Shown piece after piece: positions 52,540-64,000 of a stretch of DNA of 64,000 nucleotides (its first letter is position 1; the number at the start of each line of letters is the position of its first letter). The translations under genes and the position numbers were made by a program. The stretch is from Octopus vulgaris (lineage: Eukaryota). The notes below the pieces were generated by a model. The model did no database searches. It saw only the letters and a list, made by a program, of their open reading frames with translations, and was not told the DNA's origin. The stretch lies in contig OX597823.1 of NCBI GenBank assembly GCA_951406725.2, positions 79,236,001-79,300,000 of the forward strand, read 5' to 3'.

Positions 52540-53994
52540 ATACTCAATGCTAAAAACAAGATAATAGGTATTAACACTTTAGCTGTCCCAGTTATAAGTT
52601 ACAGCTACAATATCCTTAACTGGATGATAAATGAACTGATCAAAATAGAGAGGAAAACAAGAAAAATAATGACAGGATCTAGGATACATCACCCAAAATC
52701 TGACATAGAAAGACTATATATACAACGTATAGAAGGTGGTAGAGACCTTATACAGCTGGAAAACCACTATAAAATAACCACCATAGGACTGCAAAAATAT
52801 CTACTTCAGAAGGAAGGAAAACTGATACAAATAGCGGCAAAACACGAGCAAAACAAAAAGCTGTTCTCAGTATTTAAGGAAGCTGACAAATACAAACAAG
52901 AAATCATGCCACCTAAAAAATATGAAGAAGAAGAAGGAGAAGAAGAAGAAGAAGAAGAAGAAGAAGAAGAAGAAGAAGAAGAAGAAGAAGAAGAAGAAGA
53001 AGAAGAAGAAGAAGAAGAAGAAGAAGAAGAAGAAGAAGAAGAAGAAGAAGAAGAAGAAGAAGAAGAAGATGATGAAGAAGCAATAATAGCTATAAAACAA
53101 ATGAAATCCAAACTAAAACTAGAACAGCAAAGAACCATGATAAAACGATGACAAGAAAAGCCCCTTCATGGTAAATACTGGACTAAATTAAATGCAAAAG
53201 AAATAGACAAAGAAAAATCCCAGCTCAGGACTCAAAGCAGAGACAGAGGGATTTTTAATTGCAGCACAAGACCAAAGCCTCCCCACCAGAAATTACCAAA
53301 AACATGTAATGAAAAGAAATATAACAAGTAACTGCAGAATATGTGGAGATGGACAAGAAACAATAAATCATATTATCTCTGGCTGCCCAGTCCTGGCTAA
53401 GAAGGAATATATTCACAGACATGACAGAGTTGGAACCTACATACACTGGAAGCTATGCCAACATTATGGAATAACAACAGAAAAAAGATGGTATAGGTAC
53501 ACACCAGAAAAGGTCACAGAAAACGAGAAAGCAACCATACTCTGGGATATGCCGATACACACAGATAGAGAAATTAAGGCCAACAGACCTGATATAGTTG
53601 TCAGAGATCATGAGAAAAAAAATGCTTTCTAATTGATGTATCAATACCGGCAGATGACAACGTGTCTCTAAAAGAAATGGAGAAACTTTCAAAATACAAA
53701 GACCTGGAAATAGAGGTAACCAGAATGTGGAAGCTAAAAACGGAAACAATTCCTATCATAGTATGTGCAATTAGGCATGATAAAAAATATTCAGACAAAT
53801 ACATAACAAAAACACCAGGACTTGCAAACACATATAACATACAGAAAATTGCACTACTAGGCACTGCACACATCCTACGCAAAACACTTTCCACACAATA
53901 ACCATCAGAGCATCACAACAAATTACAGCACATACCCAAGGCACACAGAGCTACGCTCGGTAGTGAAGTGAAAGCAGACTATAAAAAAAAACTA

Positions 53995-53997
<3 letters not shown>
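52540..53997 (+). mobile_element. R4/Dong-clade retrotransposon, 5'-truncated
   Basis: HHPKSDIERLYIQRIEGGR, CRICGDGQETINHIISGC (CCHC), ILWDMPIHTDREIKANRPDIV (RLE) and IQKIALLGTAHILRKTL; (TAA)n on both flanks. Confidence 0.93.
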
Positions 53998-54092
<95 letters not shown>

Positions 54093-54114
54093 CAACAACA
54101 ATAATAATAATAAC

Positions 54115-54155
<41 letters not shown>

Positions 54156-54156
<1 letters not shown>

Positions 54157-54520
54157 GATAATACGAAAAATGTATTAATAGTATGGATAGATTATAAGAA
54201 AGCCTATGATACCATTCCACACTCATGGATTGGTTAATATTTGAGTATATTCAATATTGCAGACAACATAAGAGAATTAATTAGCTTCAGCACGAAGAAA
54301 TGGAAAGTAGATCTCTATCCAGGTAACACAGCAGTAGTTAATATCAAGAGAGGAATTCTCCAAAGAGATTCGTTATCCTCTTTACATTTGACTTATATTT
54401 GAACTGGTTTTATTTAGCATTAAGGAAGGCTAAGGCCGGGTATCGGTTCAGAAATAGTAAAGGAAAAGTTAACCATTTGTGCCACATGGATGATGTAAAG
54501 CTTTTTAGTAAGAATAAAAA
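54156..54520 (+). mobile_element. R4/Dong RT fragment (same family as 29830-32912)
   Basis: WIDYKKAYDTIPHSWI, RGILQRDSLS and VNHLCHMDDVKLF; covers part of the segment deleted from the 30-33 kb copy. Confidence 0.85.
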
Positions 54521-54521
54521 T

Positions 54522-55160
54522 AACTGGGGTCGATATAATCGAATTAATCCGTTTGTCTGTCCTTGTTTGTCCTCTCTGTGCTTAGCTCCTTGTGGGTAGT
54601 AAAGAAATTGGTATTTCGTCTGCCGCTACGTTCTGAGTTCGAATTCTGCCGAGGTCGACTTTCCCTTTCATCCTTTAGATGTCGATTAAATAAGAACCAG
54701 TTACGCACTGGGGTCGATATAATCGACTTGATCTGTTTGTCTGTCCTTGTTTGTCCTCTCTGTGTTTAGTCCCTTGGTGGTAGTAAAGAAATAGGTATTT
54801 CGTCTGCCTCTACGTTCTGAGTTCGAATACCGCCGAGGTCGACTTTGCCTTTCATCCTTTCGGGTTCGATTAAATAAGTATCAGTTACGCACTCGGGTCG
54901 ATGTAATCGACTTAATCCGTTTATCTGTCCTTGTTTGCCCTCTCTGTGTTTAGCCCCTTGTGGGTAGTAAAGAAATAGGTATTTTGTCTGCCGTTATGTT
55001 CTGAGTTCAAATTACGCCGAGGTCGACTTTGCCTTTCATCCTTTATGGGTCGATTAAATAAGAACCAGTTACGCACTGGGGTCGATATAATCGACTTGAT
55101 CTGTTTGTTTGTCCCTGTTTGTCCCCCCTCTGTGTACCCCCTTGAAGGCAGTAAAAAATA
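54522..55160 (+). repeat. Tandem array (~3.5 x 184 bp) of headless SINE family B units
   Basis: GGTATTT(C/T)GTCTGCC recurs at 54610, 54794 and 54978. Confidence 0.92.
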
Positions 55161-56257
55161 AGAAGTGGACAAGGTATGTCATTGTTGGAGGTTGCAAATG
55201 CTGATGAAAGGATTTTGACACACCTAACTGCATGGTGGATTGACAAAATGATTAATTATTAGTCAAACAATTAATTAGTTAATGAATTAACTAACACTAA
55301 TTAATGAACAAGGGAGTGTGTTTGTTATTGACATAATGATCATTTGAAATACTGCAAATTTGTTTCAACACACAATTTCACATTGCAAACCAAATACAAA
55401 AACGAAGCATTTCAATAACTATTCAAGGAATTGTCTGCTGCTTAGAGAAATGAGACCGTTCTGTTTTGTATTTTAGTAATGATTTCCCTCTGGAGGGAAA
55501 TGATAAGAAAAAATTAGTGTTTCCAAAGAATTCAATACAGCGTTCCTGCTTTATTTTAGTATTTTTTTTATCCTTCTTCATTGCAAAATCGGTCGAAAAT
55601 TATTCATTGTACTATCTTCTGCATCTAACTGTCCAGATGTAAGAAAATTGTAATGAAATGTAGTTAAGTATTTAGATGAAACGTCTCCATGTTTTATATG
55701 AATTGATTTGTGGCAACCTTATAACTGACAAAGAGTCGGTTAGTTATTTGAACCAGTTCTTATCTGCTGCGTAGATATCAGTAAAGTGGAACAGGAAAGC
55801 TTCATTGCTTTCAAAAAGGAACCACTATCATCTCACTCTTGTTATCTGCTCAGCAACCAAGTAATTAAAATAAGCGTAGTTTGGAGTCCTGGCCTAATAT
55901 ATCAACCTTCTCTCTCGTTGACTATTCTATATGAGATAATTAGAGCATGAGGACGTTCTAATACATGGATGCTGCTTCCATAGAGAATGGAAATAGCATT
56001 CATTATCAAACTCCGAAACATTTAAAGAACGTATATATACTTACGTGCGTTTGAGGATGTGCGTGTATACACATACATACGTACATAGATACATACATTC
56101 ATACATACATGCATGCAAGCATATATACATGCATACATACATATATCCATACATATGTATATACATACATTCATAATACGTTACGCATTCACAGTCACAC
56201 ATAACTATCTATGGTCTATCTATCTATCTCCATGTGAAAATGAATAGATAGATAATT

Positions 56258-56393
<136 letters not shown>

Positions 56394-56426
56394 GGATAGA
56401 TGATAGATGGATAGATAGATAGATAT

Positions 56427-56608
56427 GTTTCTTTATTAGCCACACAGGGCTGCACACAGACAGGACAAATTACAAGGTAGAGCTTTTCTTATGGGGGTAA
56501 AAAGAGGGGGTTGGTTTTCGATCAAAAGGGATCGTAAAAGGAAAGAAAAAGGACAAAAAAAGGGGAGGATTTAAAAAAAAAAATGGGGGGGAGGGAAGAA
56601 AAAAGAAA
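56427..56608 (-). mobile_element. 3' end of a retroelement embedded in (GATA)n
   Basis: Homologous to 9531-9690; long (GATA)n on both sides. Confidence 0.7.
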
Positions 56609-56628
56609 GATAGATAGATAGATGGACT

Positions 56629-56723
<95 letters not shown>

Positions 56724-57040
56724 AAAATGCATTCGTTAAGGAGATTGAGTTGCTTAGCAAAATACCTCATTCCATCCTCGTTCCATTTTCCCCGGTCAAA
56801 AACCCAGCTGCATGTTTTCATTATCTCCCTGTCCATTCCCATGTTCTCAACCACCTTCTTCTGTGGTCTTCCTATACATCTTTACTGTTTACATTTGTTC
56901 CATACATAACCTCATAGACTAGAGCTAGTGTGTTATGCTGTTTTGTCACATGAGTAAACAACGACAATCTGTGCATTATTTATAACTGCCAAATGTGTTG
57001 CGCAGTTCGCAGTATTTTCAATAATGAAATAAATACATAC

Positions 57041-57169
<129 letters not shown>

Positions 57170-57182
57170 TATATATATATAA

Positions 57183-57340
57183 AGTTAATCCAAACATGAA
57201 AACACAAAGAGAAAACACAACAACGCGAGGACGTGGAACAAATATAGTATTATTCGACGCTCAGGAAGGAAGGAAGGGAAGAAGGAGGGTTTTACGTGTC
57301 AGAAACATAGGAAAAGAAAAGATCCAGAGAAGAGAAGTAT
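57183..57340 (-). mobile_element. Family F element with the hammerhead centre deleted
   Basis: Matches 16428-16632 but lacks TTCGAGCGGAGCTCTTC; lies between (TA)n tracts. Confidence 0.8.
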
Positions 57341-57352
57341 ATATATATTATA

Positions 57353-57407
<55 letters not shown>

Positions 57408-57410
<3 letters not shown>

Positions 57411-58367
57411 AGTTAGTTAGTTAGTTAATTTGGCTCAAAAGCAAATAGCAAGGCCATGTAGGGGGACATGGAGTTAATTACAGGGTGGTGTTCATGTAAA
57501 GAGTTCAGACCACTTGAGGTCCAGGGAGGCTTTGAACAAAGCGGTCGTCGGCATCTTCACCATCTCGTCTGGCAGCTTGTTCCACGGATCCGCAACCCGG
57601 ACGGAGAAAGCTCCTCTCCTTCGATTGAGATGAAATCGTCGCAGGTAGAGCTTTTCGGAATGACCCCGCAGCCGACGCTCTGGAGCAGGAGTGAAGAACA
57701 GCTCTTTCGAGAGGTTACACTTTCCGCTTATGATGTTGTGGGCGAGAATGAGATCACCACGGCGGCGGCGTTTTTCAAGAGAATAAAGGTCGAGCGTCCT
57801 CAGCCTTTCTTCGTAGGACAAATTTTTGAGACCATGAACCATGCAGGTAGCCAGCTTTTGGACTCTTTCGAGATGCTGTATGTCTTTGAGGAGATAAGGA
57901 GAAGAGGCTTGAATCCCATAATCCAATATGGGTCTCACCAGCGTGACATAGAGTGGTAGGAATATGGCTGCTGTGAGCATTCCGAATGACCGTCGAATCA
58001 AGAACAGAATTCCGCGTGCTTTGTTAGCAGCACGGTCGCACTGGGCCGAAGGCGAAAAGGAGGAATCCACCAAGATACCCAGGTCCTTTACCTGATCGGT
58101 CCTCTCCAGCAGCAGACGACCCGGCTCGAAATCAAGTTGAATTGCAGGAGTAGAGCCGACAGGCAGATGACAGCACTTTGACACGTTCAGACACAGGTCC
58201 CAATCGTTAGACCACTTCCAAATTTGGTGGAGGCATCGACGGAGATCCTCTATATTACCGCGAGGAGCGACCCGTTTGATATCGTCGGCAAATAGAAGGG
58301 TGTGTTGCGTGAGGTCGTCGGGCAAGTCATTTATGAAGACTAAGAACAACAAGGGCCCAAGCACTGT
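57408..58367 (-). mobile_element. CR1/L2-group LINE, 5'-truncated, open RT C-terminal half
   Basis: VLGPLLFLVFINDLP...LLFADDIK...VKDLGILVD...LVRPILDY...LSYEERLRTLDLYSLEKRRRRGDLI; (TAAC)n tail; inserted in (TA)n. Confidence 0.93.
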
Positions 58368-58413
58368 ATATATATATACATACATATTTATATATATATA
58401 TATATATATATAT

Positions 58414-58830
58414 AGGTGTAGGAGTGGCTGTGTGGTAAGTAGCTTGCTTACCAACCACATTATTCCGGGTTCAGTCCCACTGCGTGCCACCTTGGGCAAG
58501 TGTCTTCTACTATAGACTCGCGCCGACCAAAGCCTTGTCAGTGGATTTGGTAGACGAAAACTGAAACCAACCCGTCGTATATATGTATATTTATATATGT
58601 ATGTGTGTGTGTATATATGTTTGTGTGTCCGTGTTTGTCCCCCTAACATCGCCTGACAACCGACGCTGGTGTGTTTAAGTCCCCCGTAACTTAGCGGTTC
58701 GGCAAAAGAAACCGATAGAATAAGTACAAGGCTTACAATGAATAAGTCCTGTGGTCGATTTGCTCGACTAAAAGCGGTGCCTCAGCATGGCCAAAGTCAA
58801 ATGACTGAAACAAGTAAAAGAATAAAAGAG
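58414..58830 (+). mobile_element. SINE family A, full length
   Basis: High similarity to 17575-18021. Confidence 0.9.
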
Positions 58831-60009
58831 AATAATGAGTATAGTAAGAAACATACTTGCATACATATGTGCATATATATAAATATATAAATATATATAT
58901 GCATGCATGTATGTATATATGTATATACACATGTATATGAATATATGTTCGCATACAGTTTACATACAATCACATTGCACTGAAGTAAAACGCTACAAGA
59001 CTGTTAAACCGGAAGTGAGAAAGTTTCGCCGGGAGAAATTTATGAATCACCAGTGACTTGTTTAACTGTGAATTCACTCTTCATTCATGAACAATGCTTT
59101 CTTTCCAGTCATGTACCACTCACAGCTGCATAGAATTTGCAGAAACTTGAATGCAATCCATCAAACTCTCTTTTTGTTTTGCGAAATCAGCATTTAGTGT
59201 GGACGCAAACACTGCAGAGACCATTTTATTAAGCTTGCCTTTGGCTAAATAATAATAAACAAAGTAGAAGAGTTTGGTATTCGCTTTTATCATCTAAAAC
59301 GTATTGTGAATGCACACTCGTTTGTCTGTGCGAGCTTGATCTAATAGTTACAAAACAAACCTATAAGCAACCATTAAACAACTATTAAATATCACTTTAT
59401 ATTGAAGGTTTCTATAAATCGTATTTCAGTCTATGGAGAGGTATTGAGCTTGAATTAAATTCTAATTCATTCTTAAGTAGTTACTAAATACAGCCATTGT
59501 ATTTTTAAATTAGCTCTTCTACCTTCAACAGTTGCGCAATTCTGCCGCCGGGAAGATGAAGATTTTTTTAAAAAGTATATTCTTTATTCACACATGTTCA
59601 TCTTTGAAACTCTCATGAAACAGTCTTGCTTATTTAAACATCACATGCACACCAACACACACATACACTTTCACGTACATTTATACAAGATAATTCAATA
59701 AAAATCAACAAATAACTAATTATAAATTAGTTATTCATGTAATCATTTGTGAACACAAATATTAAATTGATTAAAAATAAATAACGCCACCGGTGTAGAG
59801 ATACATCACTGAGAAAGTATAAGGTCTAGCATTGTCATGTGTATGTCATTCTGATTTAGCCTGAGAATTACGAGAAATGAGTCGTTTTTATGGGCACCGA
59901 TCAAGTTACACGTTAATTCCACGAATAAGAATTCAGCTGGGCAAAGAACAGAAGGTTCATTGCAGACAGCAACTGAAAATCGACCAAACCACTGTGAATG
60001 AAAGTGTCA

Positions 60010-60730
<721 letters not shown>

Positions 60731-61802
60731 GTGGATCTGTCCGTCTGTCGGTATGTATGTATGTCTATTTGCCTCTACCTCCTTCTATCTGATTCGGAAA
60801 ACTGTTCGTAGAGAACCTACATTTAGCTGTTTTTCGAGCAAATCAGTACATAAGTACATGTGTGATTGTGTGTAAGTGTGCGAGTGTGTGTGTGTGAGTG
60901 CAAATTCGCGCGCGCACCTGCTTTTGTAAATTGAGAACATGTTTCTTGAAAGTTTTTATACCAATTTATGCTTGACAATGCATAAATGACATAGCTTTCA
61001 CAATTTGGCCTTCCCTAAGCGTATCAGCGAGTTTCCCGAAATATCCAAATGTTGGATACGCACACACCGCATTCGTTCACTTATAAACATTCTTGCATCT
61101 AAATTCTCACTCAATCACACGCGCATAAACACACGCACACAAACACAATCATATAAAAACACACTCAAAGACTCTCTCCCTCTCAATGTGTATATATATA
61201 TATATATATATATCCCGTGACCACGTGACCGACCGGTTATCAGATGTTGCTATGCATCGCTGGTCACAATGCCTTTCGCATTGTTTTAGCCTTCAAATGG
61301 CACTACCCCGTTGTCTAAGCGAGCAGGCTTATATATATATATATATATAACAAATCAATAAATAAGACATATGCATATATACATACATGTATGTACGTAC
61401 CTACATCTACATGTATATATACATGCATATATGGGTACAGAACGCCCAAAAAACGTCGAACGCGAAAACATAAACACAAAACCAAGGAAATGGACATTTT
61501 CCTTAAACAACGAAAAAATAGAGTACAGGACATACAACACAAAGAAAATTCCCCTTCTTCAGTCGCCTCTGTTTCATCTACTCCGCGTTTCGAAGGTAAA
61601 GGCGAGACAAGACTTCATTGAAACATTCCTTCCCGCAAATTTAATAAAATTTGAGATTTTTTTGCGGAGGGGTAAAAATGGTAACAAAAACAGGACAGTA
61701 AAGACAGTACAAAATATAAACAGTAAAAGACAGGACAAGGAGAATAACTGTAACACAGACATTGAGGGTTGTTAAGCCATACGAGAGAAAATATTACGAA
61801 CG

Positions 61803-61850
<48 letters not shown>

Positions 61851-61858
61851 CATACATA

Positions 61859-63300
61859 CAGTGATCCTTTGGCTTACAAGTTTAATTCGTTCTGTGACGG
61901 AGCTCGTAACTGAAATTACTCTTATGTCAAATCAAATTTCCCCATTGAAGTGAATTGAAATATCATTAAACCGTTCCGAGACCCCACAAAAAGCACAGTA
62001 ATATTTTGTTACGTGTTTTTAAATAAGAAAAATGTCCTTAGAAATAACTGGTTTTATTAAGTATTATGTACAGCTTTTACCTTGGAGATTAGACGACTTG
62101 AGGATGGTGACGGAGGTGGAGGAGAAAGGCTGAATTGAATAACTGAATCTTATTCCATGATTTTCGCCGTTTTCGCCACGCTTTCCACACTTTCATCTGC
62201 AAGAGTTTTCGATAAAAAAAAAACTATCCAATAAGGTCTGTTTCATCCTCACTTTCCGAGTGTTTCTGAAACGTGTTAGGCAAATGTCATTAAATAGCAC
62301 CGTTGCAACCTTTTCCGAGCGTTTCTTCTCCGTGTGCTGCTGCGTCTGTAGATTCTTTAGCTCTTCTATTGTCAGCTCCTCGATGAGCTCCTTGCCATCA
62401 CCCTCATCCCTGATTAGGCCCATGGACTTGCCGAGGGATACAATCTTCTCTACCACTACCGCTGTGGATTCGAATCTTCCATAGTCCATTTCCGATGGAG
62501 GCGCAATGACCCAGTGGTTAGGGCAGCGGACTCGTGGTCGTAGGATCGCGGTTTCGATTCCCAGACCGGGCGTTGTAAGTGTTTATTGAGCGAAAACACC
62601 TAAAAGCTCCACGAGGCTCCGGCAGGGGATTGTAGTGATCCCTGCTGTACTCTTTCACCACAACTTTCTCTCACTCTTACTTCCTGTTTCTGTTGTACCT
62701 GTATTTCAAAGGGCCGGCCTTGTCACGCTGATTATCCCCGAGAACTACGTTAAGTGTACACGTGTCTGTGGAGTGCTCAGTCACTTACACGTTAATTTCA
62801 CGAGCAAGCTGTTCCGTTGATCGGATCAACCGGAACCCTTGTCGTCGTAACCGACGGAGTTCTTCCGTCCCCAGTCCATTTCCGACACAAGTTCAGGTCA
62901 CAGCTTCTTCCACGCAGAGGTCAAAGTCCTCTTTGTAAAACCCTGCCAGGCGATATCGATATTTCTGAGGCATATCATGATGTTATTATAGTGGTTGTTC
63001 CAGAACTCTCGAAGGGTGAGGATTGTGCTTTTCGTCCGCTCAAAGCAGCAGTGGAACAGGTGCTTGTTGAACTCATTCTTGAAATTAGAAATTCCCTGCT
63101 GATTCATGGGTTCCAGGATAGGGATGGTGTTGAGTGGAAAGTAGGGAACGTTTATAAACATGAACCTTTCGAGGATGTCATCTTCGAGGTTAGGTGGGGG
63201 AACAGGTGCATTGTCCAGGATGAGAAGGGCTTTCAGAGATATGTTATTTTCCTGGAGATATTTTTAAACATGAGGGCTAAATGCCAAATTCACCTACTGT
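61859..63300 (-). mobile_element. pogo/Tigger DNA transposon remnant
   Basis: YFPLNTIPILEPMNQQGISNFK (DDE_1-type FLPPNTT..LQPMDQ), CLRNIDIAWQGFTKRTLTSAWKKL and a Tigger-like end CAGTGATCCTTTGGCTTACAAGTTTAATTCGTTC after TA. Confidence 0.85.
62496..62872 (+). mobile_element. SINE family D, full length, inserted in the Tigger remnant
   Basis: tRNA-like head; 13-bp TSD AGTCCATTTCCGA at 62483-62495 and 62873-62885. Confidence 0.92.
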
Positions 63301-63349
63301 AAAATGAACTGCCTGCGACCCACGCCCTTGAATTTCCCTTCACACACAT

Positions 63350-63406
<57 letters not shown>

Positions 63407-63445
63407 CATACACATACACACACATACACACGCATGCACGCACAC

Positions 63446-63519
<74 letters not shown>

Positions 63520-63525
<6 letters not shown>

Positions 63526-63960
63526 CGATACTTACTCTGAGGACTACAGAAAGTTGCAGAAAGTGTATGAAAAAACATCGATATTGACGACAGATCTGAG
63601 AGACCCGCAACCAGCAGAACTGAGAAAAACATCGCAGATGTGCGGGCAGCTGCTTAGGGGAAATCGTCGAATTACCATCCGTGAGTTATAAGAGGATGTG
63701 CAGAATAGTTACGGTTCAGTTCAGTCCATTATCACTGATGATTTGGGTATGAGACGCATGTCTGCAAAGCTTTTGCCACAACTGCTTTCAGTTGACCAAA
63801 AAGATACTCGGGTTTCAGTTGTACAAGTTCTCCTTGATTGTGTCGAGAACGATGAAAATATTCTCATCAGGTATCGCCAAGCATTTGACAAAATTTGATG
63901 CAGATGCTCTGCTCAACTTTGTCATGTTCAATGTGACGATCACACGCTACACAAGAAATG
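63520..63960 (+). mobile_element. Mariner transposase remnant
   Basis: NRRITIREL*EDVQNSYGSVQSIITDDLGMRRMSAKLLPQLLSVDQK. Confidence 0.8.
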
Positions 63961-64000
63961 CTGTAAACCGCGGAAGTGAGTTAGAACGTTAAAGCTTAAT

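Noticed and set aside
61215-61330. GCC-TTCAAAT-GGC...CTAA suggesting an HDV-like ribozyme
   Set aside because: No P1 or P2 pairing in the required topology; simple hairpins suffice.
61575-61630. Minus-strand ...CTTC-GAAACGCG hammerhead-like half
   Set aside because: Core and stem I cannot be formed.

Overview
AT-rich, repeat-saturated eukaryotic DNA. The tRNA-derived SINE families and dense (TA)n/(TAA)n/(GATA)n/(TATG)n tracts look like an Octopus (coleoid cephalopod) intron or intergenic region; this is an inference from repeat content. No host protein-coding exon could be supported. Nearly all long ORFs are microsatellite read-through or transposon remnants. Recognisable content: four tRNA-headed SINE families, CR1-like, RTE and R4/Dong non-LTR retrotransposon fragments, mariner, pogo/Tigger, hAT and Helentron-like DNA elements, an intron-containing tRNA-Met(CAT) and a truncated tRNA-Glu. 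The most striking unexplained signal is a set of short, mutually unrelated non-coding elements, most of them in or next to (TA)n tracts. Each carries a minimal type I hammerhead ribozyme with a palindromic stem III. Their cores vary: canonical CUGAAGA, U3, C4 and a compensatory G3:C8 swap. One lies in a 357-nt permuted tandem plus inverted array resembling a retrozyme or Penelope-dependent circular-RNA element. All folds were derived by eye; family names come from motif recognition, not database searches.
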